Positions 52,673 to 64,000 of a stretch of DNA of 64,000 bases are shown one piece after another (position 1 is the first letter of the stretch; each line of letters begins with the position of its first letter). The position numbers were made by a program, and so were the translations under genes. The stretch comes from Mobula hypostoma (taxonomy: Eukaryota). The stretch covers positions 45,696,001-45,760,000 of the forward strand of contig NC_086097.1 in assembly GCF_963921235.1 (NCBI RefSeq). The letters run 5' to 3'. Under the pieces are notes generated by a model. The model worked only from the letters and a program-made list of their open reading frames with translations. It was not told where the DNA came from and did not search any database.

Positions 52673-53558
52673 CCTTACTCAAATATTAAGTACACAATAA
52701 TATCCATCTTCAGGGCACAAAAAATCAATGCGATTTGTGTGACCTTTGGAGAATGATTCATCACTAATACAACAATGTCAGTTTTTGGAAAAAAATCAAC
52801 ACTTTCACAACAGAACAGTGACAAAGTAAAATAAAATATGTGTTTGCATGCACACAAAAACACAAAATATGGATTTATCTCAACATTGTTGCTTCAACTC
52901 ATCATACTGATGAAGTGATAAACTGAGTTCTCAACTCCAGACCCTTGGTAGTCGGTGAAATCTATAATGAATGTTAATCATATTGTTTATTCCAGTGTTT
53001 CAGCATTTACTCCTCTCCAAGTTAGATCCTTGACCAGTACTTTTTCCAGCTACTTTAAATGGATAAAGATAAAATTTTGATAAATGCAAAAGAAGTTTAC
53101 TGAGGAGAAAGCAAAACAGATTATTACATTATATATGTCAGGGCTACTTGTTGTATTGAAGAGACCCATGTCGGAACCAATTTGAAAAATACAATTATTT
53201 AGCCCATCTCATGAGATTCCACTGTCCAGCATGATGGAGGAGCTACAGGAACCGAGCACTTATGCTCCAATGCAGCAATCTATAGGGATATGAAAATATA
53301 CGTATTTAGTTTGTGCTTTTTATAACCTTGGGGAATTCCTAATTTGTCACTACCAGTGATTTCCTTGTTTGAATTGTATGCATCATTTTAGCATGGGAGA
53401 CAAATCAATTTAAACGGAAATTCCCACAGCTTGCAATGACACACGATTGAACGACCGTTTTTTCTGTTACTGGTTATCGACTAATATTGATGAAAGTCAC
53501 TTGGGAGAATGAGCCTTCTGTTTTGCAAAATGGAGCTGTGGGACATTTTTCATTGAGG

Positions 53559-56500
53559 TGGCATCCGTTAGTCTCGCGAGACCATGGATCTGCGGCTGGA
53601 AGGTCTTGCTTCAGTCTGTGTTAGAGCAGCGTCTGTTGTGACTGTAGAGGCCCACAGGGGAGTGACAGTCTCGGCTGCAGTGACTGCACTTGAAGGCACT
53701 GTCCTCCAGTGTTGTCTTGATGCTGTTTTTCCAACGAGTGCGCTTTTCTTCAGCAGCAAGCCTCAGCTTCTCTTCTCCTCTTTTTAGACCTCTGCGTAGT
53801 TCCAGCCTCCAGCGAGAGCGATCGCTTGCAATGTCCTCCCACCTCTCAACGTTCATGTTCAGTAACTTCATGTCTCTCTTGCAGACATCTTTGAAGCGAA
53901 GATGGAGCCGCCCTTGTGCTCTCTTGCCAGAGGCCAGTTCCCCGTACAGCAGGTCTTTCGGGATCCTCCCGTATGACATGCAGTGTACGTGGCCCAGCCA
54001 GCGGAGACGGCGTTGTTGGAGCAGGGTGAAGAGGCTGGGTATCGGGGCGCGGGCCAGGACCTCATTGTTGGTGACTCGGTCAATCCACGCGATGTCCAGG
54101 ATGTGTCTCAGGCTGAGAAGGTGGAAGGCGTTGAGACGCCGCTCTTGTCTGGAGTAGAGGCTCCAGGTCTCACTGCCGTAAAGCAGTGTGCTGAGGACGC
54201 AGTCCCTGTAGACTGCAACCCTGGTGTGCGTCATCAGCTTTCTGTTCTCCCAGACTCTCTTTGTCAGCCTGGCGAATGTTGAGGCTGGTTGTCCGATCCA
54301 TCTGTTGATCTCGGGGTCTAGGGAGAGGCTGTCAGTGATGATGGAGCCAAGGTATGTAAACTCGTGAACTATCTCCAGCTGGTAGTTGTTGATGGTAACG
54401 GCAGGGGGGTGCTCAACGACTTGGCCCAACACGTTGGTTTTCTTCAGGCTGATGGTCAAGCTGAAGTCCTGGCCGGCTCTTGAGAAGCTGTCCATGAGGC
54501 GTTGCAGTTGTTCTTCAGAGTGTGTTGCTAGTGCCGCATTGTCTGCAAACAACATGTCCCTGATGAGTACTTCACAAACCTTGGTTTTTGCCCTCAGCCG
54601 GGACAGACTGAACAGCCTCCCGTATGATCTGGTGTGGAGGTAGACACCATCAGTTGATGTTCCAAAGGCGTGCTTCAGCATGACTGCGAAGAAGATGCCG
54701 AACAGGGTGGGGGCAAGCACACAGCCCTGCTTCACACTGCTGCGGATGTTGAAGGCCTCCGAAGAAGAGCCGTTGAACTGAATGACGCCCTTCATGTCTG
54801 TGTGGAATGACTGAACTATCCTGAGGAGCCTCGGGGGACACCCAATCCTGGTGAGGATTTTGAACAGGCCGTCTCTGCTCATAAGGTCGAAGGCCTTCGT
54901 AAGGTCAATGAAAGCGACGTAGAATGGTTGTCTTTGCTCTCTGCATTTCTCTTGTAGCTGTCGAAGGGAGAAGATCATGTCGATTGTGGAGCGTTCTGAC
55001 CTGAAACCGCACTGAGACTCGGGATATACCCTGTCGGCTATTTTCTGCGCCTGTTCAGGACCACGCCGGTGAAGTCCTTCCCAGCGATGCTCAGCAAGGA
55101 GATTCCCCTGTAGCTGTTACAGTCGCTTCTGTCCCCTTTGTTTGTTATATAGGGTGACAATGTTGCAGTCTCTCATATCTTGCGGCACTGCTCCCTCTGT
55201 CCAGCACTGGCCCAGTAGTTCGTGCAGGTGGTTTAGCAGGACGCCCTTTGCGCATTTGATGGCCTTTGGTGGAATGCCATCCAATCCTGGTGCCTTCCCA
55301 GTGGGCAGGCTGTCGATGGCTTTACTCAGCTCTTCGGCAGTCGGCAATACATCAGGTTCCTCCATGACAGGCAGGCATTCCACAGCATCTAGCGCGCTGT
55401 CCGAGATGCTGTTTTCTCTGGAGAAGAGTTCAGAGTAATGCTCCACACATCTCTCCATCTGCTTGCCTTTGTCATTGATGGTCTCACCTGTTATGGTTTT
55501 CAATGGTGCTGTCTTGCTCTGGGTTGGCCCGATGGCTTTCTTGATCCCCTTGTACACTCCACGGATGTTGCCTGTATCAAATGATGAGTGAATGCTTTCG
55601 CATAGTTGTAGCCAGTAGACATTTGCACAGCGTCTGGCTGTTTCCTGGGCCTTGCTTCTTGCTGTCCTTAGTGCTTGCAGTGTTGCCTGGGTGGGGTGGT
55701 GTTTGTGCTCTAGTAATGCAACACACTCACCTCGATGACGGGTGAGCTTACTTGACCTCGCTTCAAACCAGTCCTGTGTCTTGCCCCGTTTCTTCCCAAA
55801 GGCCTTGAGGGCAGTGCTGTGGATAGTGTCCCTGAGACAGTCCCATCTCTGCTGAACATTTACTTCTGGTGGGTCTGCAAGGAGAGCATCCTCCAGTGAC
55901 TTGATGAACTCTGCAGCTTTGTCTGGGTGTTGTGTCTTACTGGCATCCATGCGCTGCTTGCCTGGAGGCTTGGCGCAGTGCATCTTCTTCGGCCGAAGTC
56001 TGATCTTGCAGCAAACCAGAGAGTGATCCGTGTCGCAGTCGGCACTCTGAAAGGAGTGAGTCATGACGGCGTCTTGTGATTATCAGGTCGAGCTGGTGCC
56101 AGTGTTTGGAGCGGGGATGCTGGCACGACACTTTGTGCTGAGCTTTGGTCTGGAAGTAGGTGTTGGTGACACACAATTCGTGGAGCATGCAAAGCTTGAG
56201 CAGTCGTTGCGCGTTGTCATTCATGCTGCCAATCCCATACCACCCCAGGCAGCTTGGCCAGGAGTCGTGGTCGGCGCCCACTCTGGCGTTGAAGTTGCCA
56301 AGTAGCAGCAATTGTTCCTGACTTGGGATCTCCTGTATCATCATTAAGAGCTGGTTGTAGAACTCGTCCGTTGCGTCTTGTGTAGAGTAGAGGGTTGGGG
56401 CATGGACGCTGACAAGGTTGACAGGCCCGTCGGATGTGTGGAATCGAAGTGATGAAATCCGCTCTGTCCCTTTCTCACGAGGCTCTACCATCTTCAGCAG

Positions 56501-57595
56501 CGAGTTCTTCACGGCAAAGCCAACACCATGCTCTCTGGTCTCGTCTGAGCCCTTCCCCTGCCAGAAGAAGGTACAGTCTCTCTCACATAGGATTCCTGAT
56601 TCTGCGAGATGTCTCTTGGAGCATTGCGATGTCCACTTGGAGTCTCAACAGTTCATTGTTAATCACTGCTGTCTTGAGTGTGTCGCTGATCTCCCGAAGG
56701 TCATCTGATATACCAGTGGTCATGGTCCGTATATTCCAGCATCCTAGTCTGAGTGCTGGCTTCTTTCTTTGTCTTCTTGTTGTGCGTGGTGCAGCGTTTA
56801 CAGTCCACAGTTCGGGCTACTCATGTCCCTAAGCCCCACGCACCCAGTGGAGTGGGCGGACTGTGGTGGGACAGCACCTAATTGGCTGGGGGCTGCCCAG
56901 CTTGAGGTGGGTGGTAGCAGTCCAGTGAGACGCGATGGTCTCTCCCTCTGTCGAAAGCAACCCCTGGCGCCTTGCTGTACGCCAGTCGAGCATGGGCTTA
57001 TAACCGGTAGACTGCTGCTTTCCGTGTTGTGCCATCATGGTGAGGCGACGCTGGAGTGTCCTCTCCAGGGCACAGGCCTGGGCAAGGTTGTATGGAAGAC
57101 CGGCAGTTGCCCATGCTGCAAGTCTCCCCTTTCCATGACACTGATGTTGTCCAAGGGAAGGGCAAGGGCCGATACAGCTTGGCACCAGTGTCGTCGCAGG
57201 AGTTGCCAGAACGAGGTTGAAGGCAACGTCGGACTGCCTTAGGGACTCCAGCTCCAGATTTGTCCTCAGGGTTTACTCCCAAAGCCTTTCCCATGAGTGG
57301 GTATGGCCGTAAGGCAGCGGAGGTTTGAAGTCAGAGTTTCCCTCTCTTAGATGGACTGCCTTCCCAGGCTAACGAGCTCCATCCACCTGAAGTACTGATT
57401 TTAAGGCGCCAGGACCTGCCTTCGCCCCTTCTCCTGTCAGTAGAAACAGTTCCGCGGGCTTAGAGGCTCAGCCACACAAGAAGGCCAGGAGTTGGACTTG
57501 GTTGTCAGAGGCTATTTGAGGCGCATGCTGTAAGGAGCACTTTTAGGTAGTGGGAGCTTGTCCCCACTACCACTCCTCGGCTTGACAACCTTGGA
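53559..57595 (-). mobile_element. Near full-length RTE-clade LINE (about 0.8-kb 5' UTR, APE, RT; several frameshifts)
   Basis: LGCWNIRT, GNFNARVG, HWHQLDLI and ADCDTDHSLV (APE); KAPGLDGIP, FIDLTKAFD, VKQGCVLAP and MLFADN (RT); degenerate TSD GGACATTTTTCATTGAGG / GGACATTTCACTGAGG. Confidence 0.93.
53611..54978 (-). pseudogene. RTE reverse transcriptase C-terminal 455-aa open frame
   Basis: RT motifs, RRLRWLGHV and terminal CSHCSRDCHSPVGLYSHNRRC finger; catalytic DD reads DN. Confidence 0.9.
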
Positions 57596-57634
57596 ACTTT
57601 TGAGGACATTTCACTGAGGACACTTAAGATAGCA

Positions 57635-57970
57635 CTAGCACCCAGGACATGCCCTTTTCTCATTGTTACCATGAGGTAGGAGGTACTGAAGCCTGAAGAC
57701 ACACAGTCAGTGATTCAGGAACAGCTTCTTCCCCTCTGCCATCCGATTCCTAGATGGACATTGAACCCATGAACACTACCTCACTTTTTCAATATATATT
57801 ATTTCTGTTTTTGCATGATTTTTAATCTCCAATATATATATATACTTTAATTGATTTACTTATTTATTTTTTCTTCTATATTATGTATTGCATTAAAATG
57901 CTGCTGCTAAGTTAACAAATTTCACAGCACGTGCCGGCGATAATAAACCTGATTCTGATTCTGATTCTGA
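57635..57970 (+). mobile_element. Rex1-type LINE 3' end with (CTGATT)n tail
   Basis: CACCCAGGACATGCCCTTTTC (HPGHALF) and TTCAGGAACAGCTTCTTCCCC (FRNSFFP). Confidence 0.75.
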
Positions 57971-58099
57971 GATAGGACATTGGATTAACCTCTCACCCCA
58001 ACAGTGTAGCACTCCCTCAACACATCACTGGCAGCCTACAACAGGCCTTATAGGTCATTTTGGACTGCAATCAATCAAATGAGTAAAATAAAGTATGTG

Positions 58100-58690
58100 T
58101 TCAAATCAAAGTTCAAAATAAATTTATTATCAAAGTATGTAAATATCACCAGATACTATCCTGAACTTTTTTTTGCAGGCATTCACAGTAGAACAATGAA
58201 GTACAATAGAATTGATGAAATATTACACACAAAGAATGTCAAATTGTGGAAATACAGCAAGAAACAAATAGTAATTAATAAATAAAAAAATCGATAGGTA
58301 GATAATCTGAAAACATGAGATGTAGAGTTCAGAGGTTATACTCAATGATCAGTTCAATGTTGTGTTGAGTGAAGACCATCACGCTGGTCAGGAGCCTGAT
58401 AGTTGAAGGGCAATAACTTCATGAACTGGTGGTTTGGGACCTAAGGCTTCTGTATCTTCTCCCTGATTGTAGCAGTGAGAAGAGAGCGTGGCCAGGATGG
58501 TGGCAGTCCTTGATGAGGAATGCTGCTTTCATGTGACAGTGCTCTTTGTAAATGTGCTCAGTGGTGGGGGGTGGGGTTCTTTTCCTATGATGAATTTCAC
58601 TGTATCCACCACTTTTTGTAGTCTTTTCCATTGCTGGGCACTCGTATTTCCATGCTGGACTATGATACAACCAGTCAGGAAACTCCACTG
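58100..58690 (-). mobile_element. Rex1/Babar LINE 3' fragment
   Basis: KAAFLIKDCHHPGHALFSLLQSGRRYRSL peptide. Confidence 0.8.
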
Positions 58691-59400
58691 TGCACCTATC
58701 GAGTCGAATACTGCTGTAGATCCCCTGTTAGGGAATGAAACAGGGCAGCTGACAGAAGTTTGTGTCAGGGAACACTTTGCATCTCATCATCATAATGCCA
58801 TTAGTTTCAAGATAATTATGGAGGAGCATAGGTCTGGTCCTTGGGTTGAGATTCTAATTTGGAGAAAAACCAATTTTGATGGTATCAGAAAGGATCTGGC
58901 AAGTGTGGACTGGAATAGGTTGTTTTCTGGCAAAGATGTACTTGGTAAGTGGGAGACCTTCAAAGGACATGTCACAGTTATATAAACGTATAACCATGTA
59001 ACAATTACAACACGGAAACAGGCCATCTCAGCCCTTCTAGTCCATGTTGAATGCTTACTCTCACCTAGTCCCACTGACCTGTACTCAGCCCATAACCCTC
59101 CATTTCTTTCCTGTCCATATAGCTATCCAATTTTACTTTAAATGACAATTCTACTGGAAGCTCGTTCCACACAGCTACCACTCTCTGAGTAAAGAAGTTC
59201 CCGCTCGTGTTACCCCTAAACTTTTGCCCCCTAACTCTCAACTATGTCCTCTTGTTTGAATCTCCCCCACTCTCAATGGAAAAAGCCTATCCATGTCAAC
59301 TTTATCTACCCCCCTCAACCTTCTACACTCCAAGGAATAAAGACCTAACCTGTTCAACCTTTCTCTATAACTTAGGTGCTGAAAGCCAGGTAACATTCTA

Positions 59401-59959
59401 CGCTCTGTCCGCCAGAGAAAGCAGGATCTCCCAGTGGTCACACATTTTAATTCCACGTCCCATTCCCATTCTGATATGTCTATCCATGGCCTCCTCTACT
59501 ATTCCGTCTGGGTAGCCTCCAACCTGATGGCATGAACATTGACTTCTCAAACTTCCGCTAATGCCCCACCTCCCCCTCGTACCCCATCCGTTATTTATTT
59601 ATGTACACACATTCTTTGTCTCTCTCTCCTTTGTCTCCCTCTGTCCCTCTGACTATACCCCTTGCCCATCCTCTGGGTTTTTTCCCCCTCCCCCTTTTCT
59701 TTCTCCCTAGGCCTCCTGTCCCATGATCCTCTCATATCCCTTTTGCCAATCACCTGTCCAGCTCTAGGCTCCGTCCCTTCCCCTCCTGTCTTCTCCTATC
59801 ATTTTGGATCTCCCCCCTCCCTCCCAATTTCAAACCCCTTACGAGCTCTTCCTTCAGTTAGTCCTGACGAAGGGTCTCAGCCCGAAACATCAACTGTACC
59901 TCTTCCTAGAGATGCTGCCTGGCCTGTTGCGTTCACCAGCAACTTTTATGTGTGTTGCT
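59401..59959 (+). mobile_element. Penelope 3' fragment nested in CR1
   Basis: 10-bp TSD TAACATTCTA (59391-59400, 59960-59969). Confidence 0.9.
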
Positions 59960-62475
59960 TAACATTCTAGTAAATCTTCTCTGTACTCTCTCTATTTTGT
60001 TGGCATCTTTCCTATAATTCAGTGACCAGAACTGTACACAATACTCCAAATCTGGCCTTACCAATGCCTTGTACAATTTTAACATTACATCCCAACTCCA
60101 ATACTCAGTGCTCTGATTTATAAAGGCCAGCATACCAAAAGCTTTCTTCACCACTCTATCCACATGAGATACCACTTTCAGGGAACTATGCACCATTATT
60201 CCTAGTTCCCTCTGTTCTACTGCATTCTTCAATGCCCTACCATTTACCATGTATGTCCTATTTTGATTAGACCTACCAAAATGTAGCACCTCACATTTAT
60301 CAGCATTAAACTTCATTTGCCATCTTTCAGCCCACTTCTCTAACTGGCCTAAATCTCTCTGCAAGCTTTGAAAGCCTACTTAATTATCCACATCTCCACC
60401 TATCTTAGTATCATCTGCATACTTACTCATCCAATTTACCACCCCATCATCCAGATCATTAATGTATATGACAAACAGCATTGGACCCTGTACAGATCCC
60501 TGAGGCACACCACTAGTCACCGACATCCAACCTGAAAAACAGTTATCCAGCCAGTGTTGAATCTGTTTTACTACTTCAATATTAATACCTAACGATTGAA
60601 CCTTCCTAACTAACCTTCCGTGTGGAACCTTGTCAAAGGCCTTACTGAAGTCCATATAGACAACATCAACCGCTTCACCCTCGTCAACTTTCCTAGTAAC
60701 CTCATCAAAAAATTCAATAAGATTTGTCAAACATGACCTTCCACGCACAAATCCATGTTGACTGTTCCTAATCAGACCCTGTCTATCCAAATAATTATAC
60801 ATACCACCTCTAAGAATACTTTCCGTTAATTTATCCACCACTGACATCAAACTTACAGGCCGATAATTGCCAGGTTTACTCTTAGAACCCTATTTAAAGA
60901 ATGGAACAACATGAGCAATATGCCAGTCCTCCGGCACCATCTCCGTTTCTAATGACATTCGAAATATTTCTGTCAGAGCCCCTGCTATTTCTACACTAAC
61001 TTCCCTCAAGGTCCAAAGGGAATATCGTGTCAGGACCCGGAGACTTATCTACTTTTATATTCCTTAAAAGCTCCAGTACTTTCTCTTCTTTAATCATCAT
61101 AGTTTTCTAAACTTCCCTACCTGTTTCCTTTACCTTACACAATTCAATATCCTTCTCCTTATTGAATACCGAAGAAAAGAAATTGTTCAGAATCTCCCCC
61201 ATCTCTTTTGGTTCCACACATAGCCATCCACTCTGATTCTCTTAGGGACCAATTTTATCCCTCACTATCCTTTTGCTATTAATATAACTGTAGAAACCCT
61301 TTGGATTTATTTTCACCTTACTTGACAAAGCAACCTCATATCTTCTTTTAGATTTTCTATTTTCTTTCTTAAGATTCTTTTTACATTCTTTATATTCCTC
61401 AAGCACCTCAGTTACTCCAAGCTGCCTATATTTATTGTAGATATCTCTCTTTTACTGAACCAAGTTTCCAATATCCCTTGAAAACCATGGCTCTCTCAAA
61501 ATTTTAACCTTTCCTTTCAACCTAACAGGAACATAAAGATTCTGTACTCTCAAAATTTCACCTTTAAATGACCTCCATTTCTCTATTACATCCTTCCCAT
61601 AAAACAATCTGTCCCAATCCACTCCTTCTAAATCCTTTCACATCTCCTTAAAGTTAGCCTTCCTCCAATCAAAAATCTCAACCCTGGGTCCAGACCTATC
61701 CTTCTCCATAATTATATTAAACTAATGGCATTGTGATCACTGGACCCAAAGTGCTCCCCAACACAAACCTCCGTCACCTGACCTATTTCATTCCCTAACA
61801 GGAGATCCAACACTGTCCCTTCTCTAGTTGGTACCTCTATGTACTGCTGCAAAAAACTATCTTGCACACATTTTACAAACTCCAAACCATCCAGCCCTTT
61901 TACAATATGGGCTTCCCAGTCTATGTGTGGAAAATTAAAATCTCCCACAATGACAACCTGGTGCTTACTACAAATATCTGCTATCTCCTTACAAATTTGT
62001 TCCTCCAATTTTCGCTCTGCATGAGGTGGTCTATAATACACCCCTATAAGTGTTACTACACCTTTCCCATTCCTCAATTCCACCCAAATAGCCTACCTAG
62101 ATGAGCCCTCCGATCTATCCTGCCAGAGCACCGTTGTAATATTTTCTCTGACAATCAATGCAACACCTCCCCCTCTTGTCCCTCCGATTCTATCACACCT
62201 GAAGCAACGAAATCCAGGAATAATTAGTTGCCAATCACACCCCTCCTGCAACTATGTTTCACTAATAGCTACAACATCATACTTCCAGGTATCAATCCAT
62301 GCTCTAAGCTCATCCACCTTTCTTACAATGCTCCTAGCATTAAAATAAACACATTTAAGAAATTTTCCACCTCTTACTCTCTGTTTATCACTAACGGTGC
62401 AAACAACTTTACTATCTCCTTTTTCTTCCTTCTCCCCTACATCTGTTCTGGTTCCCCTCCCCCCCCCCCCCCGTA

Positions 62476-62796
62476 TTAGTTTAAATCCACCGGAGCCTCT
62501 CTAGCAAACCTACCTGCAAGAATATTTGTCCCCCTCCAGTTCAGATGTAAACCAGCCCGCCGGAACAGGTCCCACCTTCCCTGTAAAACTGCCCAATTAT
62601 CTATAAATCTGAAGCCCTCCCTCCTGCACCATGTCTTCAGCCACGTGTTGATCTGCGCTATCTTACTATTTCTAAACCCGCCTGCACATGGCACTGGTAG
62701 CAATCCTGAGATTGCTATCTTGGAGGTCCTGTCCTTTAACTTGGCGCCTAACTCCCTAAACTCACCTTTCAGGACCTCCTCACTCTTCCTACCCAA
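62476..62796 (-). pseudogene. CR1 ORF1 SGNH/GDSL esterase-like domain (C-terminal part)
   Basis: IAISGLLPVP..INTWLKTWCRREGFRFID..AGLHLN (block V DGLH degenerate) directly upstream of ORF2. Confidence 0.8.
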
Positions 62797-62839
62797 TTTT
62801 CTACCCAGTCCTTTTTAGAATTTGTCGGTTACGATAACC

Positions 62840-63556
62840 TGGCTACTGGGCTCCTCCCCTGGAGCTCATTCCAACAGATCTGGAGGAAATGGCAATGGAC
62901 AAAGCAGTGGGAGGTGACTTACCAAAAGGCAAAGGAAATGGTGACAGCAAACACTGTACTCACACATTATGATCCGCACCATCCAGTAAAGCTTGCCTGT
63001 GACACCTGGTCTTACGGTATAGGTGCAGTCATGTCCCATGCTATAACTGATATAGTGAATGCCCCCACAGCCTTTGCACTGTGTTCCCTTACCACTACAG
63101 AGAAAAATTACACACAGATTGACTGAGAGGCCTTGAGTCTGGTTTGGGGTGTAAAACATTTCAACCAGTACTTGTATGGGAGACAGTTTACCCTCATTAC
63201 TGATCATCAACCACTACTGCCCATTTTCAATCCACAGAAGGGTGCCCCACTAACAGCAGAGGCACGAATGCAGAGGGGGGCTGTTTCTTGGAGAACACAA
63301 CTACAAGTTTGAATTCAAGTGGACAAGTAATCATGGAAATGCTGATAGATGGTCCCATTTACCTTTAGAAAAGGAAATTCCAGAAAAATTTACAGAAGAG
63401 GACACTCCTCTTGATGAATTCTCCCTAACACAAATTGAAAGTCTCCCTATTACGGTAGAGATGATCCAAAGGAAAACCAGAAAAAACCTCACACTGTCTC
63501 AGGTCTACATGGCAACCAAAATGGCTGGAATGTGCAGCATAAATTCCAGTTACCCT
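62840..63556 (+). mobile_element. Ty3/Gypsy pol fragment (RT connection / RNase H)
   Basis: VLTHYDPHHPVKLACDTWSYGIGAVMSH, EKNYTQID and FTLITDHQPL peptides. Confidence 0.88.
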
Positions 63557-64000
63557 GTTCAAGATTCAAGATTCAAGATTCAAAAAACTTTATTGTCTTT
63601 CTAACCGTACATCATCTCTGCAGGGCAGAATGACACAGCGTTTCTCTGGAGCAGAGCAATCATAACATAACAAACGCAACACTAAATAATAAACATAACA
63701 ATAAATAGTAAAACACAACAGCCACATGTCAGTTAAATCAGTTATAAGTGTCCAGTGCAAGTTAAAAGTGTCCAAAGCAGAGTCAGGTGGAGCAGCTATT
63801 TAGCAGTCTGACTGCCCGTGGGAGGAAGCTGTTTAGTAGCCTTGTGGTTTTAGTTTTGATGCTTCTGTAACGTTTGCCTGATGGCAGAAGAACAAACAGT
63901 TCATGGAGAGGGTGTGAGGGGTCCTTAATGATGTACCATGTCTTCTGGAGGCATCGACTCTGAAAGAGGTCTTGGACAGAAGGTAGGGAGACCCCAATAA
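63557..64000 (-). mobile_element. Rex1-type LINE 3' end running off the window
   Basis: (TTCAAGA)n tail plus TTTATT; minus strand encodes IIKDPSHPLHELFVLLPSGKRY. Confidence 0.8.

Larger units (their letters stand above)
52114..52697 (-). mobile_element. Two adjacent related LTR-like units (52114-52320 and about 52345-52697), probably Gypsy
   Basis: First unit TG...CA followed by TTCCTTCCTG (purine tract on minus); both share GCCATTCA..TACTTTTA.ATATAA...ATGAATTAT...GAATGCTT.ATCAAAC. Confidence 0.6.
53415..58035 (-). mobile_element. DeuSINE remnant in two pieces (about 53415-53550 and 57970-58035) flanking RTE and Rex insertions
   Basis: TCCCACAGCTTGCAATG...GCTGTGGGACATTTT on the left and ACAGTGTAGCACTCCCTCA on the right are colinear with the reverse complement of 20750-21135. 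Confidence 0.55.
58985..62810 (-). mobile_element. Long CR1 LINE: ORF1 esterase end + ORF2 (APE, RT) + 3' tail, split by Penelope
   Basis: [33 protein letters not shown] and [10 protein letters not shown] motifs; tail near 58985. Confidence 0.93.

Noticed and set aside
1..64000. Prokaryotic-type systems (operons, CRISPR, defence islands)
   Set aside because: Low coding density and vertebrate repeat content; no supporting signal.

Overview
Eukaryotic, repeat-saturated genomic DNA, most likely intronic or intergenic sequence of a cartilaginous fish and probably a ray. The inference rests on HE1/V-SINEs, DeuSINE/SacSINE1-like remnants and abundant CR1, Rex1/Babar and Penelope copies. I recognise no host protein-coding exon, rRNA, tRNA gene or CRISPR array; nearly all listed ORFs are decayed transposon frames or their antisense shadows. 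Main contents: (1) a decayed Ty1/Copia retrotransposon of probable GalEa type retaining both LTRs (46158-51079, minus), with a 20-nt tRNA-iMet primer-binding site containing the gag ATG; (2) a near full-length RTE LINE (about 53559-57595, minus); (3) a long CR1 retaining the ORF1 esterase (about 58985-62810, minus); (4) about a dozen Penelope fragments whose tails carry minimal hammerhead-ribozyme motifs, including a perfect 67-bp fold-back insertion; (5) an internally deleted hAT transposon, a Harbinger MITE, a Tc1 remnant and Gypsy fragments; (6) multi-level nesting supported by target-site duplications (TSDs). Family assignments come from motif recognition by eye, without database searches, and boundaries of old fragments are approximate. 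I found no convincing wholly new biological system; the best leads are listed as findings.
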